A stretch of DNA of 64,000 bases. Source: the human T2T-CHM13v2.0 reference genome, Homo sapiens. Below, piece by piece: positions 15,101 to 35,480 of this stretch. The notes beneath the pieces were generated by a model. That model saw only the letters and a list, made by a program, of their open reading frames with translations, was not told the origin of the DNA and ran no database searches. Location: the NCBI RefSeq assembly GCF_009914755.1, contig NC_060926.1. One strand, 5' to 3'. Position 1 is the first letter of the stretch. Each line of letters opens with the position of its first letter. A program made the translations under genes and the position numbers.

Positions 15101-15783
15101 TAAAATTAAATAGGGATAAATTTTTTAAACTTAAATCCACCTCACAGGTTCAAGGATTAAATGACAACTCACGTAAATATTTAACATGCTGCCTGGCACA
15201 TAAATACTCAAGTAAGTATTATGTGGACTGGCAGGAAAAGACATTCCTTGCCAGGCACAGTGGCTCACACCTGTAATCCCAGCACTTTGGGAGGCCAAGG
15301 CAGCAGGATCTCATGAGGTCAGGGGTTTGAGACAGACCATCTGGGCAACATAGTGAGACCTCACCTCTTAAAAAAAAAAAAAAAATTGGCCGGGCACGGT
15401 GGCTCACGCCTGTAATCCTAGCACGTTGGGAGGCCGAGGCGGACAGATTGCCTGAGCTCAGGAGTTCGCAACCAGCCTGGGCAACACGGTGAAACCCCGT
15501 CTGTAAGAAAATACAAAAAATTAGCCGGGTGTGGTGGCGTGCGCCTGTAGTCCTAACTACTAGGGAGGCTGAGGCAGGAGAATTGCTTGAACCTGGGAGG
15601 CGGAGGTTGCGGTGAGCCACTGCACTCCAGCCTGGGCGACAGAGCGAGACTCCGTCTAAAAAGCTTAATAAAAAGACATTTCTATTCTCAGCCCTTACCA
15701 CTAGGTCGAGTATTGAATATTTATACTTCCAAAACTAGAATATCTTCTAATCAATCCTTAACCACAGGTATCAGAATGCCTTA

Positions 15784-16146
<363 letters not shown>

Positions 16147-16304
16147 TTAGAGGCCCGTTAACACATAAATAATACTTATATTATGTACAAAATTTGTATT
16201 TTTATATTGATTTTTATGTTTATATTGTTTATACTTATATTTGAAAAGTTCCCCCAAGTAGCTCTGATGAGAATCGTCGGTAAAGAACCACTGCTAGAAG
16301 ATTA

Positions 16305-16502
<198 letters not shown>

Positions 16503-16505
16503 TCA

Positions 16506-16652
<147 letters not shown>

Positions 16653-16926
16653 TTAAAAAATCACTAAAAAGACTTGGGTGGATTAACTTATGAGTTAGCC
16701 AAATAACCAAAATAAATTTGATAGAATACTTATGAAAACTACTATATAAGAAGATCCCAGTATGTCCAGGTTTTTCCTATTCAAATATGTAGATTTGCAG
16801 ATGTAAACCAAAAACATAATACCTCCCATAAGTGTCAGTTCTACTAAAATAAGTATTTCCTGTATTAAAGAAAATTATAAGGCATACCTAATCAGCATTA
16901 TGTATTTATGTATTTTTTTTTTTTAA

Positions 16927-17199
<273 letters not shown>

Positions 17200-17297
17200 T
17201 GAGCCACCGCACCCGGCCAATCACATTAAATTTCTAACTTTGCAAAGGCCTTAACATGTTTAGCTTGGAGACACACGACTTTAATAGGCTTCTAATG

Positions 17298-17629
17298 CAG
17301 GGTTTTTCAACTTTGGCACTGACATTTTAAGCTAGATAATTCTTGGGGAGGGAGAAGATGGGCATACAGGCTATCCTATTCATTGTTAAGATGTTTCAGC
17401 AGCATCTATACCCACTAGATGCCAGTAGAACCCCACCTAGCTGGGCATGGTGGCTCATGCCTGTAATCCCAGCACTTTGGGGGGCCAAGGCAGGTGGATC
17501 ACAAGGTCAGGAGTTCAAGAACCCCACCTTATTCCAGTTGTGACAACCAAAATGTGTCTAGACATCAACAAATGTTCTCTGGGGAAATGGGGGTGGGGAG
17601 AGATAATCACTCATATTTGAGAACCACTG
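17298..17629. mobile_element. MER20 DNA transposon interrupted by a short Alu head
   Basis: cagggtttttcaactttggcactgacatttt ... tacccactagatgccagtag ... gttgtgacaaccaaaatgtgtctagacat ... ttgagaaccactg. Confidence 0.85.
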
Positions 17630-17789
17630 CTCTAGTGAATGTTTTTCCTGGCTCTCTTAAGGCAGTTTCTCTATTTTCTGAGCTAGTGAGCTATCTCAAT
17701 TTCTTCACAGGGGACAATGAGAATAGACCCCAAAAAGGACTGGCTGCTGCTTTTTATTGCAAAGAGAAGCAATGAAATTCAGCAACACA

Positions 17790-18000
17790 TTGGTAGAACA
17801 GGATTTGAATTCCCATTCAAAAACTTACCAGCAGTGTTGTCTTGAGCATGTCACTTAACCTCTCCAAGTCTGTTTCCTCATCTGCAAAATGGGAATAATA
17901 ATATCTACTTTGCAGAGCTGCTTATATCAGAGATCATTTAAGTAAAAATGTACTATGCCTGAAACTTAGTAGGAATGCAATAAATTACAGCTATTACTAT
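17790..18000 (+). mobile_element. MIR
   Basis: gtcacttaacctctccaagtctgtttcctcatctgcaaaatgggaataataatatctac. Confidence 0.85.
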
Positions 18001-18051
18001 AAATGTTGATAACATTAGAAGATATTGTATCCCCTTTGCAATGCTTTTATT

Positions 18052-18150
18052 AGTACTCCAACTTTAATGTACATTAGAATCACCTGTGATACTTGTTAAG
18101 CCATTGAAGATGCCCAGATCCCACCCTCAGAAAGGTCCAGAAACAATGCT
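18052..18150 (+). mobile_element. MER5A-like hAT fragment
   Basis: ccaaactttaatgtacattagaatcacctg...cttgttaa...cccaccctcaga resembles the MER5A 5' half. Confidence 0.65.
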
Positions 18151-18215
18151 GAGAAAAATTGGCTGAATTTTTTAAATTATACTTGACTGCTGTATTTTCT
18201 CTCTGTTGTAAAACT
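18080..18215 (-). CDS. DPY30: Putative alternative DPY30 terminal coding exon (120-aa isoform)
   Basis: Polypyrimidine tract plus ctgcag| acceptor at 18217-18216; in frame with phase-2 exon 4; 44 new codons to TGA; ATTAAA (18068-18063) and AATAAA (18051-18046) follow. Confidence 0.65.
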
Positions 18216-18325
18216 CTGCAGCATTTGAAGACAGAAGAAAAAGAGAAATTCATAAAACAATTCAATCATGTAAAATATTTGTCATACAGAACAAAAACTA
18301 CTTTAAAATAATGGTGTTTTGACAG

Positions 18326-18331
18326 TTTATT
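18326..18331 (-). terminator. DPY30: DPY30 main polyadenylation signal AATAAA
   Basis: tttatt on plus strand ~260 nt past the stop, followed on the minus strand by U/GU-rich sequence. Confidence 0.75.
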
Positions 18332-18590
18332 TTGAAGGTCATTTTAAAAACAAAGTTAAAGACAATCTGAGAAAAAAATTGCACAGAATACACTCATTAA
18401 ATAGGTATGGTTTATGGTGATTAAATCAAAATAAGGGAAATATGTTATCTTCTGCAATTCCAGAAATAGGTTCTGTTGTCCGGAAGGTTCTTATACATCC
18501 AAAAAGAGGGAATGATCATGGCAATTAAAGCTGCCTCTTAATCATGTAAATCTACAGTAGCAACTAAATTTTTCTGTTCTTCCCATTAAG

Positions 18591-18663
18591 TCAGTTTCGA
18601 TCTTCAAACTGTGCCTTGTTTTTTAAAAGATAAGATGCTAGAAATTCAATGGGATTTGGTGGT
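18591..18663 (-). CDS. DPY30: DPY30 last coding exon (R|[23 protein letters not shown])
   Basis: tttcttttcccttacag| acceptor; 73 nt to TGA at 18593-18591; total CDS 36+48+143+73=300 nt = 99 aa. Confidence 0.97.
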
Positions 18664-18879
18664 CTGTAAGGGAAAAGAAATCCAAAGTTTAGAAATATAT
18701 TTCCTAGGTGTGTTAATTTAAACATATTGTTCCATAATGAAAACTCATCTTTTTAAGTTTAATTTTCATTTCACAGTCAAAGGACATTTGTAGTAAATAA
18801 AATAAATGAGATAAGCAAGCAAATTAATTAGCCAACAAAATAGTTTAATGAGACTGAAATTTTTGTATGGCTTAAATCT

Positions 18880-19115
18880 GGTTATGAACTCAATTTTAAA
18901 ACATGTTTAAAAAATGTATTGACAATGGGATGATCATTACCCCAGAAAGAATAATGACTTGAAGGGGTCACATGGATGGCTTCTGAGATGCTGGCAGTAT
19001 TCAGTTTCTTGATCTGACTGCAAGCTACACAGGTATGTTTAGTTTGTGAAAATTCATCAAGCTGTATACCTATGATATGTGTAATATTCTGTGTAATATC
19101 CTTCAATAAAAGAAC
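18880..19115 (+). mobile_element. L1ME-like 3' end fragment
   Basis: gggtcacatggatggcttctgagatgctggcagtattcagtttcttgatctg...gtttgtgaaaattcatcaagctgtatac...aataaa. Confidence 0.75.
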
Positions 19116-19758
19116 AAAAATAATATAGGACAGTGGATGTAGCATCACTAAGACATGTAGATGAACTCAAGTGATTAGTCAAAGAAGCAACACTAATACA
19201 GATAAGTAGGTTATGTTTCTTTTCTAAAAGCTACTTCTTTCTTTCTTTGAATAATTTAATAATTCTATTTAATACAACTACAGTACACCTAAGAAGATAA
19301 ACACATTTATAAAACTAACAGCAGATATTTGATATTAACACTTCTATATAAATTATTCTTGCTGAGAATACAAGTCCAAAGTTGAAAAATTGGGGAGACA
19401 TCTATTTTAAACTCTGCTATGAAAAGGCATATTGAAAATATGTTTACAATGATCTCAAAACATTCCCAGAGCACTTTAAACAGCCCTAAGAGCTGTCTAC
19501 AAATAGACAAGATTTTTCACTTAGTATTTAGGGTTCACATGATGAATTACTTTACCAGAACTCTTTACTTAAAAAATGTATTTGGGGCCGGGCGCAGTGG
19601 CTCATGCCTGTAATCCCAGCATTTGGGAAGCCGAGGCGGGTGGATCATGAGGTCAGGAGTTCAAGACAGTCCTGACCAACATGGTGAAACTCCGTCTCTA
19701 CTAAAAATACAAAAATTAGCCGGTCATGGCAGTGCGCACCTGTAATCCCAGCTACTCA

Positions 19759-19920
<162 letters not shown>

Positions 19921-20658
19921 TTAGAGGGCCAAGGCGGGCAGATCACAAGGTCAGGAGTTTGAGACCAGCCTGGCCAACATGGTGAAATCCTGTCTCCACT
20001 AAAAATACAAAAAATTAGCCGGGCGTGGTAGTGCATGCCTGTAGTCCCAGCTACTCAGGAGGATGAGGCATGAGAATCACTTTAACCCCAAAGGCAGAGG
20101 TTGCAGTGAACCAAGATCGAGCCACTGCCCTCCAGCCTGCCGCAACAGAACAAGACTCCGTCTTGGAAAGAAAAAAAAAAAAAACCGTACTTGGGCCGGG
20201 GGGAAAAAAAAAACAACACCGTACTTGGGCCGGGCACGGTGGCTCACGCTTATAATCCTCACACTTTGGGAGGCCAAGGCAGGCAGATAGCTTGAGCCCA
20301 AGGGTTCAAAATCAACCTGGCAACGTGACAAAACCCTGTCTCTACAGAAAATACAAAAAATCAGCCAGGCGTGGTGGCGCACACCTGTAGTCACAGCTAC
20401 TCAGGAGGTTAGGTGGAAAAATCACTTGAGCCTGGGAGTTCGAGGCTTCAGTAAGCCATGATTGCCCCCACTGTATTCCAGCTGGGGCAACAGAGCAAGA
20501 CTCCATGTCAAAAAAAAAAATTTGTGTTTTAACAAAAAATATATTTACTGGCCAGGTGCAGTGGCTCATGCCTGTAATCCCAGGACTTTGGGAGTCCAAG
20601 GAGGATCACTTCCAAGCCTGGGCAACATAGTAAGACCCCAACTCTTCAAAAAAGTTTA

Positions 20659-20838
<180 letters not shown>

Positions 20839-21002
20839 TTAAATGTATTTACGAGCTTGAACTTAAAAATTTCTTCAAAAGTTTTTCTAGCATTTAAAGT
20901 AATATTTGGAGGCCGAGTGTAATGGCTCATGCCTGTAATCCCAACACTTCAGGAGGCCGAGGCAGGCAGATCACCTGAAATCAGGAGTTCCAGACCAGCC
21001 TA

Positions 21003-21260
<258 letters not shown>

Positions 21261-21339
21261 TTAGTCTTCCCTAGAGGAAAAACAAAAAAATAGAAAAGAT
21301 ATCCATATTTTTTTCCTTTTTTCCCTTTTTTTTTTTTTT

Positions 21340-22020
<681 letters not shown>

Positions 22021-22052
22021 AAGATACCCATTTTTTTTTTTTTTTTTTTTGA

Positions 22053-22235
<183 letters not shown>

Positions 22236-22482
22236 TAGCCAGGATGGTCTCGAACTCCTGACCTCATGATCTGCCCGCCTCGGCCTCCCAAAGTGTTGGG
22301 ATTACAGGCGTGAGCCACCACGCCCGGCCCAAGATACCCATATTTTAATTGTTGATAGTAGAGCCAAGATATAGCTCAGTCATAAATAAATGGTAATTTA
22401 CAAATATAGCCATCAAAAACAAATATTTACTGCTCATTCATATAGTTTTTATATAAACAAATTATCTATTCTAAGTTAATAA

Positions 22483-22656
<174 letters not shown>

Positions 22657-23995
22657 TAAGGCATACCCCACCACACCTGGCTGAGATGAGACATGGTTCC
22701 ATCAAGTTCTTTATCAAGTTATGTCAGTTTGCTATTATAATGTTTATTATTATTCCTTGAATAAAAAAGAATATGCACCTAATAAACGTTGACTAGTCTA
22801 ACTTGCAAAACCAATTTTCTTATTAGATTTGCTTACACAAAAAAGAATTTAGGTGAGAAATACTGGGGAAAACATGTTAAAGAAAGAGAAATAATTGTAC
22901 TCTTGCTATTAAGAAAATTTAAGGCCAGGCTCAGTGGCTCACGCCTATAATCCCAGCACTTTGGGAGGCCGAGATGGGCGGATCACAAGGTCAAGAGATC
23001 GAGATCATTCTGGCCAACATGGTGAAACCCCATCACTACTAAAAATACAAAAACTAGCCAGGCATGGTGGTGGGTGCCTGAGCTGCTCAGGAAGCTAAGG
23101 CAGAATCTCTTGAACTCATGAGGTGGAGGTTGCAGTGAGCCAAGATCATGCCACTGCACTCCAGCCTGGCGACAGAGCGAGACTCCAAACCCTGTTTCTA
23201 CTAAAAATACAATAATCAGCCAGGCGTGGTGGCAGGTGCCTGTAATCCCAGCTACTCGGTAGACTGAGGTAGGAGAATCGCTTGAACCCGGTGAGGTGGA
23301 GGTTGCAGTGAGCCAGGGTTGCACCACTGCACTCCAGCCAGGGAGACATAGCAAGACTCTGTCTCAAAAAAAAATAAGAATAATAATAATAGGCCGGGCG
23401 CAGTGGCTCATGCCTGTAATCCCAGAACTTTGGAAGGCTGAGGCGGGCAGATCACTTGAGGTTAGGAGTTCAAGACCAGCCTGGCCAACATGGTGAAAAC
23501 CCTTCTTTACTAAAAATACAAAAATTAGCCGGGCGTAGTGGCCCACGCCTGTAGTCCCAGCTACCCGGGAGGCTGAGACACAAGAATCACTTGAAACCAG
23601 GAGGTAGAGGTTGCAGTGAACGAGATCATACCACCGTCCTCCAGCCTGGGCAACAGAGCTAGATTCTGTTTCAAAATAACAATAATAATAATAAATTATA
23701 ATCATGAAGACTGTGGAGAGATACAGAAAAATGTTATGTCATAATAAATAAAAAGAAAAATCAAAATTACATGTATATCATGATTACAAATCTTTACAAA
23801 TATGCATATGATCTAAGACTGGTGGGAAAAAATTTAAATGTCTGAATTATGAGATTATGGCTGAATACTTTCTTAAAAACTTTAACATCCATAAATCACA
23901 CAGTAAAAAGTCGCTATACATAACTATGATATTTCAGATAGGGGAATCTATTTTGCTTTCTTTACTAACTCCATTTGTGGACACAATTATCTTAC

Positions 23996-24138
23996 CTTTC
24001 CTTTGCAAGCACAGCAAGTCCCTGTAATAAGATAGGCACAACTGTCTGATCCAGGTAGGCACGAGTTGGCAAAGACTGGAGATCTACCTTCTGCTTTGAT
24101 GACTTTTCTGCATTAATCTTCTCATTTTCTACTATTCT
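23996..24138 (-). CDS. DPY30: DPY30 coding exon ([48 protein letters not shown])
   Basis: cactag| acceptor and AG|gtaaga donor; 143 nt; Dpy-30 dimerisation/docking motif. Confidence 0.98.
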
Positions 24139-24842
24139 CTAGTGAATTCAAAAAAACAGTGCATGAACATTTCAAATAACCAGGTTATTTTGAGTGCTAA
24201 ACAAAACTAATGGAAATATGACACTAATAGAAAAGGCAAATCAATGACTAGAAAGATGGTACTAGACCACAAACTTCTCTGCCCAAAATAAATTCAGACC
24301 CATCTTTCAATCTCATTCAAGCTCTCTCTCTCCAAAAGCACCTATTATCTCATTGTTCTAATGTCATGTCTCAAGATCCTACTCTTTCTCCCTTTCCTTC
24401 TGACTTTGCAGGAGTAAATACAAATCCTTTTTCTCTTTTTCATGTATCTTCTTAGAGTGTGTTCCCAAAAAAAAAAAAAAAAAAATGAATGTAACACCAA
24501 ACAGCACCAAATCATAGTAAGAAAGCTGGTCACATCAGAGAGAGCAAGCTTCAGGGTCCAAGGCTTATACACTCAAGAGAATACAGCTAAAATTTATTAC
24601 CATTGTCTTGTATTCACTGTTGTCATTTTTATGGTTACCCTCTATTTATCACAATGAGAATGTTTTTCCCTTTATGTTTCTTTTTTAAAGAAATATATCC
24701 AGCCTGGACAACTGCAAAATCCAGTCTTTACCAAAAATACAAAAATCAGGCCTGGCGCAGGGGCTCACGCCTGTAATCCCAGCACTTTGGGAGGCCGAGG
24801 CGGGCAGATCACGAGATCAGGGTATCGAGACCATCCTGGCTA

Positions 24843-25049
<207 letters not shown>

Positions 25050-25507
25050 TTATCCAGGCGTGGTAGTGCGTGCCTGTAGCCCCAGCTACTCAGGAGCCTG
25101 AGGTGGGAGGATCACTTGAGCCCAGGAGACGGAGGTTGCAGTGAGACGAGATCATGCCACTGTACTCTAGCCTGACCGACAAAGCAAGGCCCTGTCTCTA
25201 AATAAATAAATAAATCTATGATTTTTAAAAATGAACAGGTTTAAGAAAATACATTATGTAAATAATAACCCCAAAATGAAGAAAATTATTAACAGAAAAA
25301 ATCATTAATGTCACACTTAAATGAATGAAGTTTTCCCCATTCCGGCAGGTAACACTAAAAAACAATAATTACAATTAAAAATAAATGAAGTTTAAAAAAT
25401 AACAAGTTATATTTTCTTCTTCACAATTCCCAAATTTTGGAGCTATCAAATAGATTCGACTGACATTCAGAGCATTAAAAAGTAATTCATTGCCTCCATC
25501 GCACTCA

Positions 25508-25887
<380 letters not shown>

Positions 25888-25890
25888 TTA

Positions 25891-26028
<138 letters not shown>

Positions 26029-27140
26029 TCACACCTGTAATCCCAGCACTTTGAGAGGCCCAAGAGGGCGGATCATGCAGTCAGGAGTTCGAGACCAGCC
26101 TGACCAACATGGTGGAACCCTGTCTCTACTAAAAATACAAAAATTAGCTGGACGTAGTAGTGCGCGCCTGTAATCCCACCTACTCAGGAGGCTGAGGCAG
26201 GAGAATCACTTGATTCCAGGAGGCAGAGGTTGCAGTGAGCCAAGATTGCGCCACTGCACTCCAGCCTGGGTGACAGAGCGAGACTCTGTCTCAAAAAAAT
26301 AAAAAATAAAAATAAAAAAATGAAAGAGACAAAAAAAAAAGAAGAAATAGCTCTAAAAGGACAAAACAGTATTCCTAAGAGCACTTTCATTTAAATGAAC
26401 TTTTGCTTCAATCATACTCAAACTAGATATAAAAGAGTCGACAAAGAAAAATTTTTCTACTTTTAATTTTATTTTGGTAAAAGTGAGAAAAAACCTTTAA
26501 TCACATTATCTGTAACATATATAGCATGGTTTCCAAAGACACTTCCCATAACTATGTCAGACAACTTCTGCTTATAATTTTTCAATCTAATTTTGGAATT
26601 AAAAGATAATTTTCTATGAAATACAAAGTTTTTTAATCTATAAAATACTATTTATTTGTCCATGGACTGAAAATTTTATTTTTCATTATTAAATTTCAAC
26701 AGATAATTAGCACACCATCATTTCAGAAATGCTAACTGAGCCTTTGTAAAAGTTCAGCTTTCCATTGCAGAAAACACTATACAACTTCATTATTTCTGAA
26801 AACTGACAGTATTATCTTGAATGAATTTTCATCCCCTAAATCAAAATCCACTATGTTCAAAACTTCACACTGATCACAACAAAGACAATGCGGCAAACTT
26901 CAAAATCTCACAGTGTATTTCCTAAAAACAGTCCTAACTTCCAGTCACAGTATACGTATACAATAAAAACTACTCGGGGCCAGGCACAGCGGCTCACATC
27001 TGTAATCCCAGTACTTTGGGAAGCCAAGGCAGGAGGACTGCTTGAGCGCAGGAGTTTGAAACCAGCTTGAGCAACATAGTGAGACCCTGTTACCATTTTT
27101 AAAAGAATAATTTTAGGCCGGGCACAGTGGCTCACGCCTA

Positions 27141-27730
<590 letters not shown>

Positions 27731-27756
27731 TTAGTTACATGACATTACAATGCCTA

Positions 27757-28106
<350 letters not shown>

Positions 28107-28229
28107 CTATAACTCCTGTAATAAATTTCTTAACCAAATCCTCCCATTTATTTCATGTGAACATTTATGAATTATCTACTATATGCCAATTGTGATGCTC
28201 AATTTCACTTGTCAAAATCTTGAACTAAC

Positions 28230-31884
<3,655 letters not shown>

Positions 31885-31902
31885 TAGAAACAGGGTTTGT
31901 AG

Positions 31903-32229
<327 letters not shown>

Positions 32230-33181
32230 TGAGCCACCACGCCCAGCCTGTATGCTTTATTAAAAAAAACAAGACATGTGTGATTCAGTTTGGATAAATG
32301 AGAGTAACAGCATTTCTAAGCACAGTAATAATAGTAATAGCTGTTAATATTAATATTAATATTAGCCACACACACTCTTAAGTAATTTGCTTCTATCTTC
32401 AGCCCCATAAGGCTCAGAGAAGTTCAGTAACTTGTTCAAGATCACCAGAAAGTATGTTGGGAGCTGTATTTTCAACCTAGGCAGGTTGGCATTTTTGCAG
32501 TAGAATTAACTTGTATTGCTCATTTTCTTTCTTTTTTTTTTTTTTTTTTTTGGACAAAGTCTCGCTTTATCACCCAGGATGGAGTGCAGTGGCATGATCT
32601 CGGCTCACTGCAACCTCCACCTCTCGGGTTCAAGCGATTCGCGATTCTCCTGCCTCAGCCTCCCGAGTAGCTGGGATTAGTAGAGAGGAGGTTTCACCAT
32701 GTTGGCCAGGCTGGTCTGGAACTCCTGACCTCAGGTGATCAGCTAGCCTTGGCCCTCAAAGTGCTGGGATTACAAGGGTGAGCCACCGCGTCCGGCCTTA
32801 TTTTGAGGGGGGGGGGGGCGGGGGGAGGGAAATAGGGACAGGGTCACATGCTGACACCCAGGCTGGAGCGCAGTGGTGCGATCATAGCTCACTGCAGCCT
32901 CAACCTCCCCAGCTCCAGCAATACTCTCACTCCAGCCCAGGAGTTACTGAACTCTAAAAAGAAATAAATATTTATTAAATGTTGACTCCACCAGCTCACT
33001 ATTCTGCTACAAAGACCAACAGGTTTCCTAATTTTATTTTTTACTTTTTTTTTTTTTTTTTTTTTTGAGACGGAGTCTCACTCTGCCGCCCAGGCTGTAG
33101 TGCAGTGGCGCGATCTCAGCTCACTGCAACCTGTCTTCCAGATTCAAGAGATTCTCTGGCCTCAGCCACCCGAACAGATAG

Positions 33182-33403
<222 letters not shown>

Positions 33404-33677
33404 TAAAAGCCACCAAGAAAAATGATTCAGACAGTATCCCTCAAGAATATGTGTTTCGCAATAAAAGTTCAATCCTTTGACTCAAACGTAATTTGTACGT
33501 CTGTACACCAAGAAGCATTAGTACTGCTAATAAAACAAGCTACCCATAACTTGATACTATTCAGTTCACGATAACAAAGTTTTCCCTTGTGCATAGCCAC
33601 CTAGTAAAAGCAGATCCCAAGTTTTCTCCAGCTTGCAAGAGACAACACAGATGAGGCATAGGAACTTGGCGAGTTAC

Positions 33678-33725
33678 CTCAACGTTGTCTGTGAGACCGT
33701 ACTCAGAGTGAGGATTTTCTGCAAC
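33678..33725 (-). CDS. DPY30: DPY30 coding exon (VAENPHSEYGLTDNVE)
   Basis: tgttttgttttctag| acceptor, GAG|gtaact donor, 48 nt, preceded by a 94-nt intron. Confidence 0.97.
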
Positions 33726-33819
33726 CTAGAAAACAAAACACCGGTCACAGAGATATAAGTCCCCCCTTTCTCGCTGCCTCCCTGCACACCGCCACCCTGA
33801 ATCCACGGCCTCCTGATAC

Positions 33820-33855
33820 CTGCGTTTGTCCCTCCAGCATCTGCTCTGGCTCCAT
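33820..33855 (-). CDS. DPY30: DPY30 first coding exon (MEPEQMLEGQTQ); exon 33820-33891
   Basis: Optimal Kozak gccATGg; CAG|gtatca donor; cttcttgttttccaag| acceptor 36 nt upstream of the ATG. DPY30 is a core subunit of SET1/MLL (COMPASS) H3K4 methyltransferase complexes. Confidence 0.97.
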
Positions 33856-34131
33856 GGCGGACCCTGCAAGTCACAGTCCCCGGATACCAGTCTTGGAAAA
33901 CAAGAAGAGCCGCGAGTTACCTGGGAGATTTCAACACGAAGACTCCAGGATGGAGTGCAGCCCAGCCCCCGACCCCGCCCCTCACCCCCACCTGGGCGCG
34001 GGAGCACCACGAGCAGTAGAGCAGCAGAGTGGGACAGTCCACGACTGGGCGCCTACATGGGGTCTGGAAACTCTACGACAGTCCCAAGTACCTAGAATAA
34101 GTGAGAAAGTGGGGGAAAGGGAGCTGATTAC

Positions 34132-34230
34132 CCGCGCCCAAGCCGTTCGTTCTTAAGAGCCCTGCACCGCGCCACCAGCTCCCAGCACAAACAGCTCCGG
34201 CCGTAAGTGACGGCTGTCGCACGACTGCCG
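34132..34230 (-). other. DPY30: DPY30 non-coding exon 1 (5' boundary approximate)
   Basis: GCGCGG|gtaatc donor at 34131-34130 in the CpG island; no upstream ATG. Confidence 0.7.
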
Positions 34231-35342
34231 CGCCTGCGCAGAACCTCCCGGCGGACAAGAAGCTGGGAGGCGCGCAGAACCATCGTCAGTCCCCGAGGCT
34301 CTCTGCAGTCCGCGTGAGTCCTGGCCAAGGTCTGGCCTCGGAAGCTACGAGCTACAATCTTCCTTCATCCTACCCACCCACGAAGAGCGCCACCCCAGCT
34401 GCAGACCAAGTGACCAGCCCAGTTAGAAGGGGCTCGGCCGGATCAAACCTCGGTGCTGCCTCAAAGCATCTGCTGAAGCTCTTCCTCGACCAACTGAACT
34501 TCCTCACTGAGTGGTTCTTACTAGAAAATTATAAGCCCAGTCTGACAGTCTCTGAAAGAATGTCAGTGTTTTACTGTAAAGCCAAAGATGGGGGAAGAAG
34601 CAGTTTTGGGGGTTTCCTGATCAGCTTTTATTCAAGCCCTTAAATCTGTGAATATGCGATGTTAATGCCACCTTACATTTGTATTAGATTAGCAGTATGC
34701 AACTGGCTTTCCAAACCGTGGTCCTACTGATAGTAATGTAGTTGTAAAACGTACATAGGATAATTTGCCTCCTACACAGTGTGTAAATAGCAAACAACAT
34801 CTCTTTACTTGGATTTTTTAAAATTCCAATAAATTCAATTTATTTTAATGTAAACAAAAGTGATAACACGCAAACTTCCTGCCTTTGACACAATTCTATT
34901 TGTAATTGCACTTTGTAATATGAAAACTTGAAAACATTTGGAGTAAATGATGGCATAACAATATGGTGGAATATAAGCGATTAAAATTAAAAATTGTGAC
35001 TACATATACAGAAATATGGTGTACCATTGAGTTTTACTTCCAGCTGGCGTTAGACTACAACTTAATATTGCTACTCTAAAAAATCGTGGATACAGATCTA
35101 AAGTAAATAAAATTTGGTTAAGAGCTAGACATATAAGTAAGTTTTTAAAGTTTCGCAGTGTATACTTAAATAGTATTGTGATTGGTGACAGCTGTCATGT
35201 GGAACTTTGAAGATTTTTCATGTAATGCTGATTCAAACGTGTATGCATATGTGCAGGATGTATAAATTGCCTAGTAGATATATTAAATTAAGATTAAATG
35301 CTTTTCAAGAGTGTGAAATAAAAAGGGCATACATACAAGTAG

Positions 35343-35480
<138 letters not shown>

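Larger units (their letters stand above)
33670..34500. promoter_or_regulatory. DPY30: DPY30 CpG-rich promoter with NRF1 (gcgcctgcgca 34230-34240) and ETS (cggaag 34339-34344) motifs
   Basis: CpG enrichment and consensus motifs seen directly. Confidence 0.8.

Noticed and set aside
22700-22800. Two plus-strand AATAAA motifs resembling an mRNA 3' end
   Set aside because: AT-rich intron with no poly(A) tail, TSD or recognisable parent gene
26720-26801. tttcagaaat...atttctgaaa inverted repeat as a possible snoRNA or pre-miRNA
   Set aside because: No convincing C/D or H/ACA boxes, and the interior pairs poorly
33921-34091. Possible cassette exon in DPY30 intron 1
   Set aside because: The flanking introns would be only 40 and 29 nt, too short for the spliceosome
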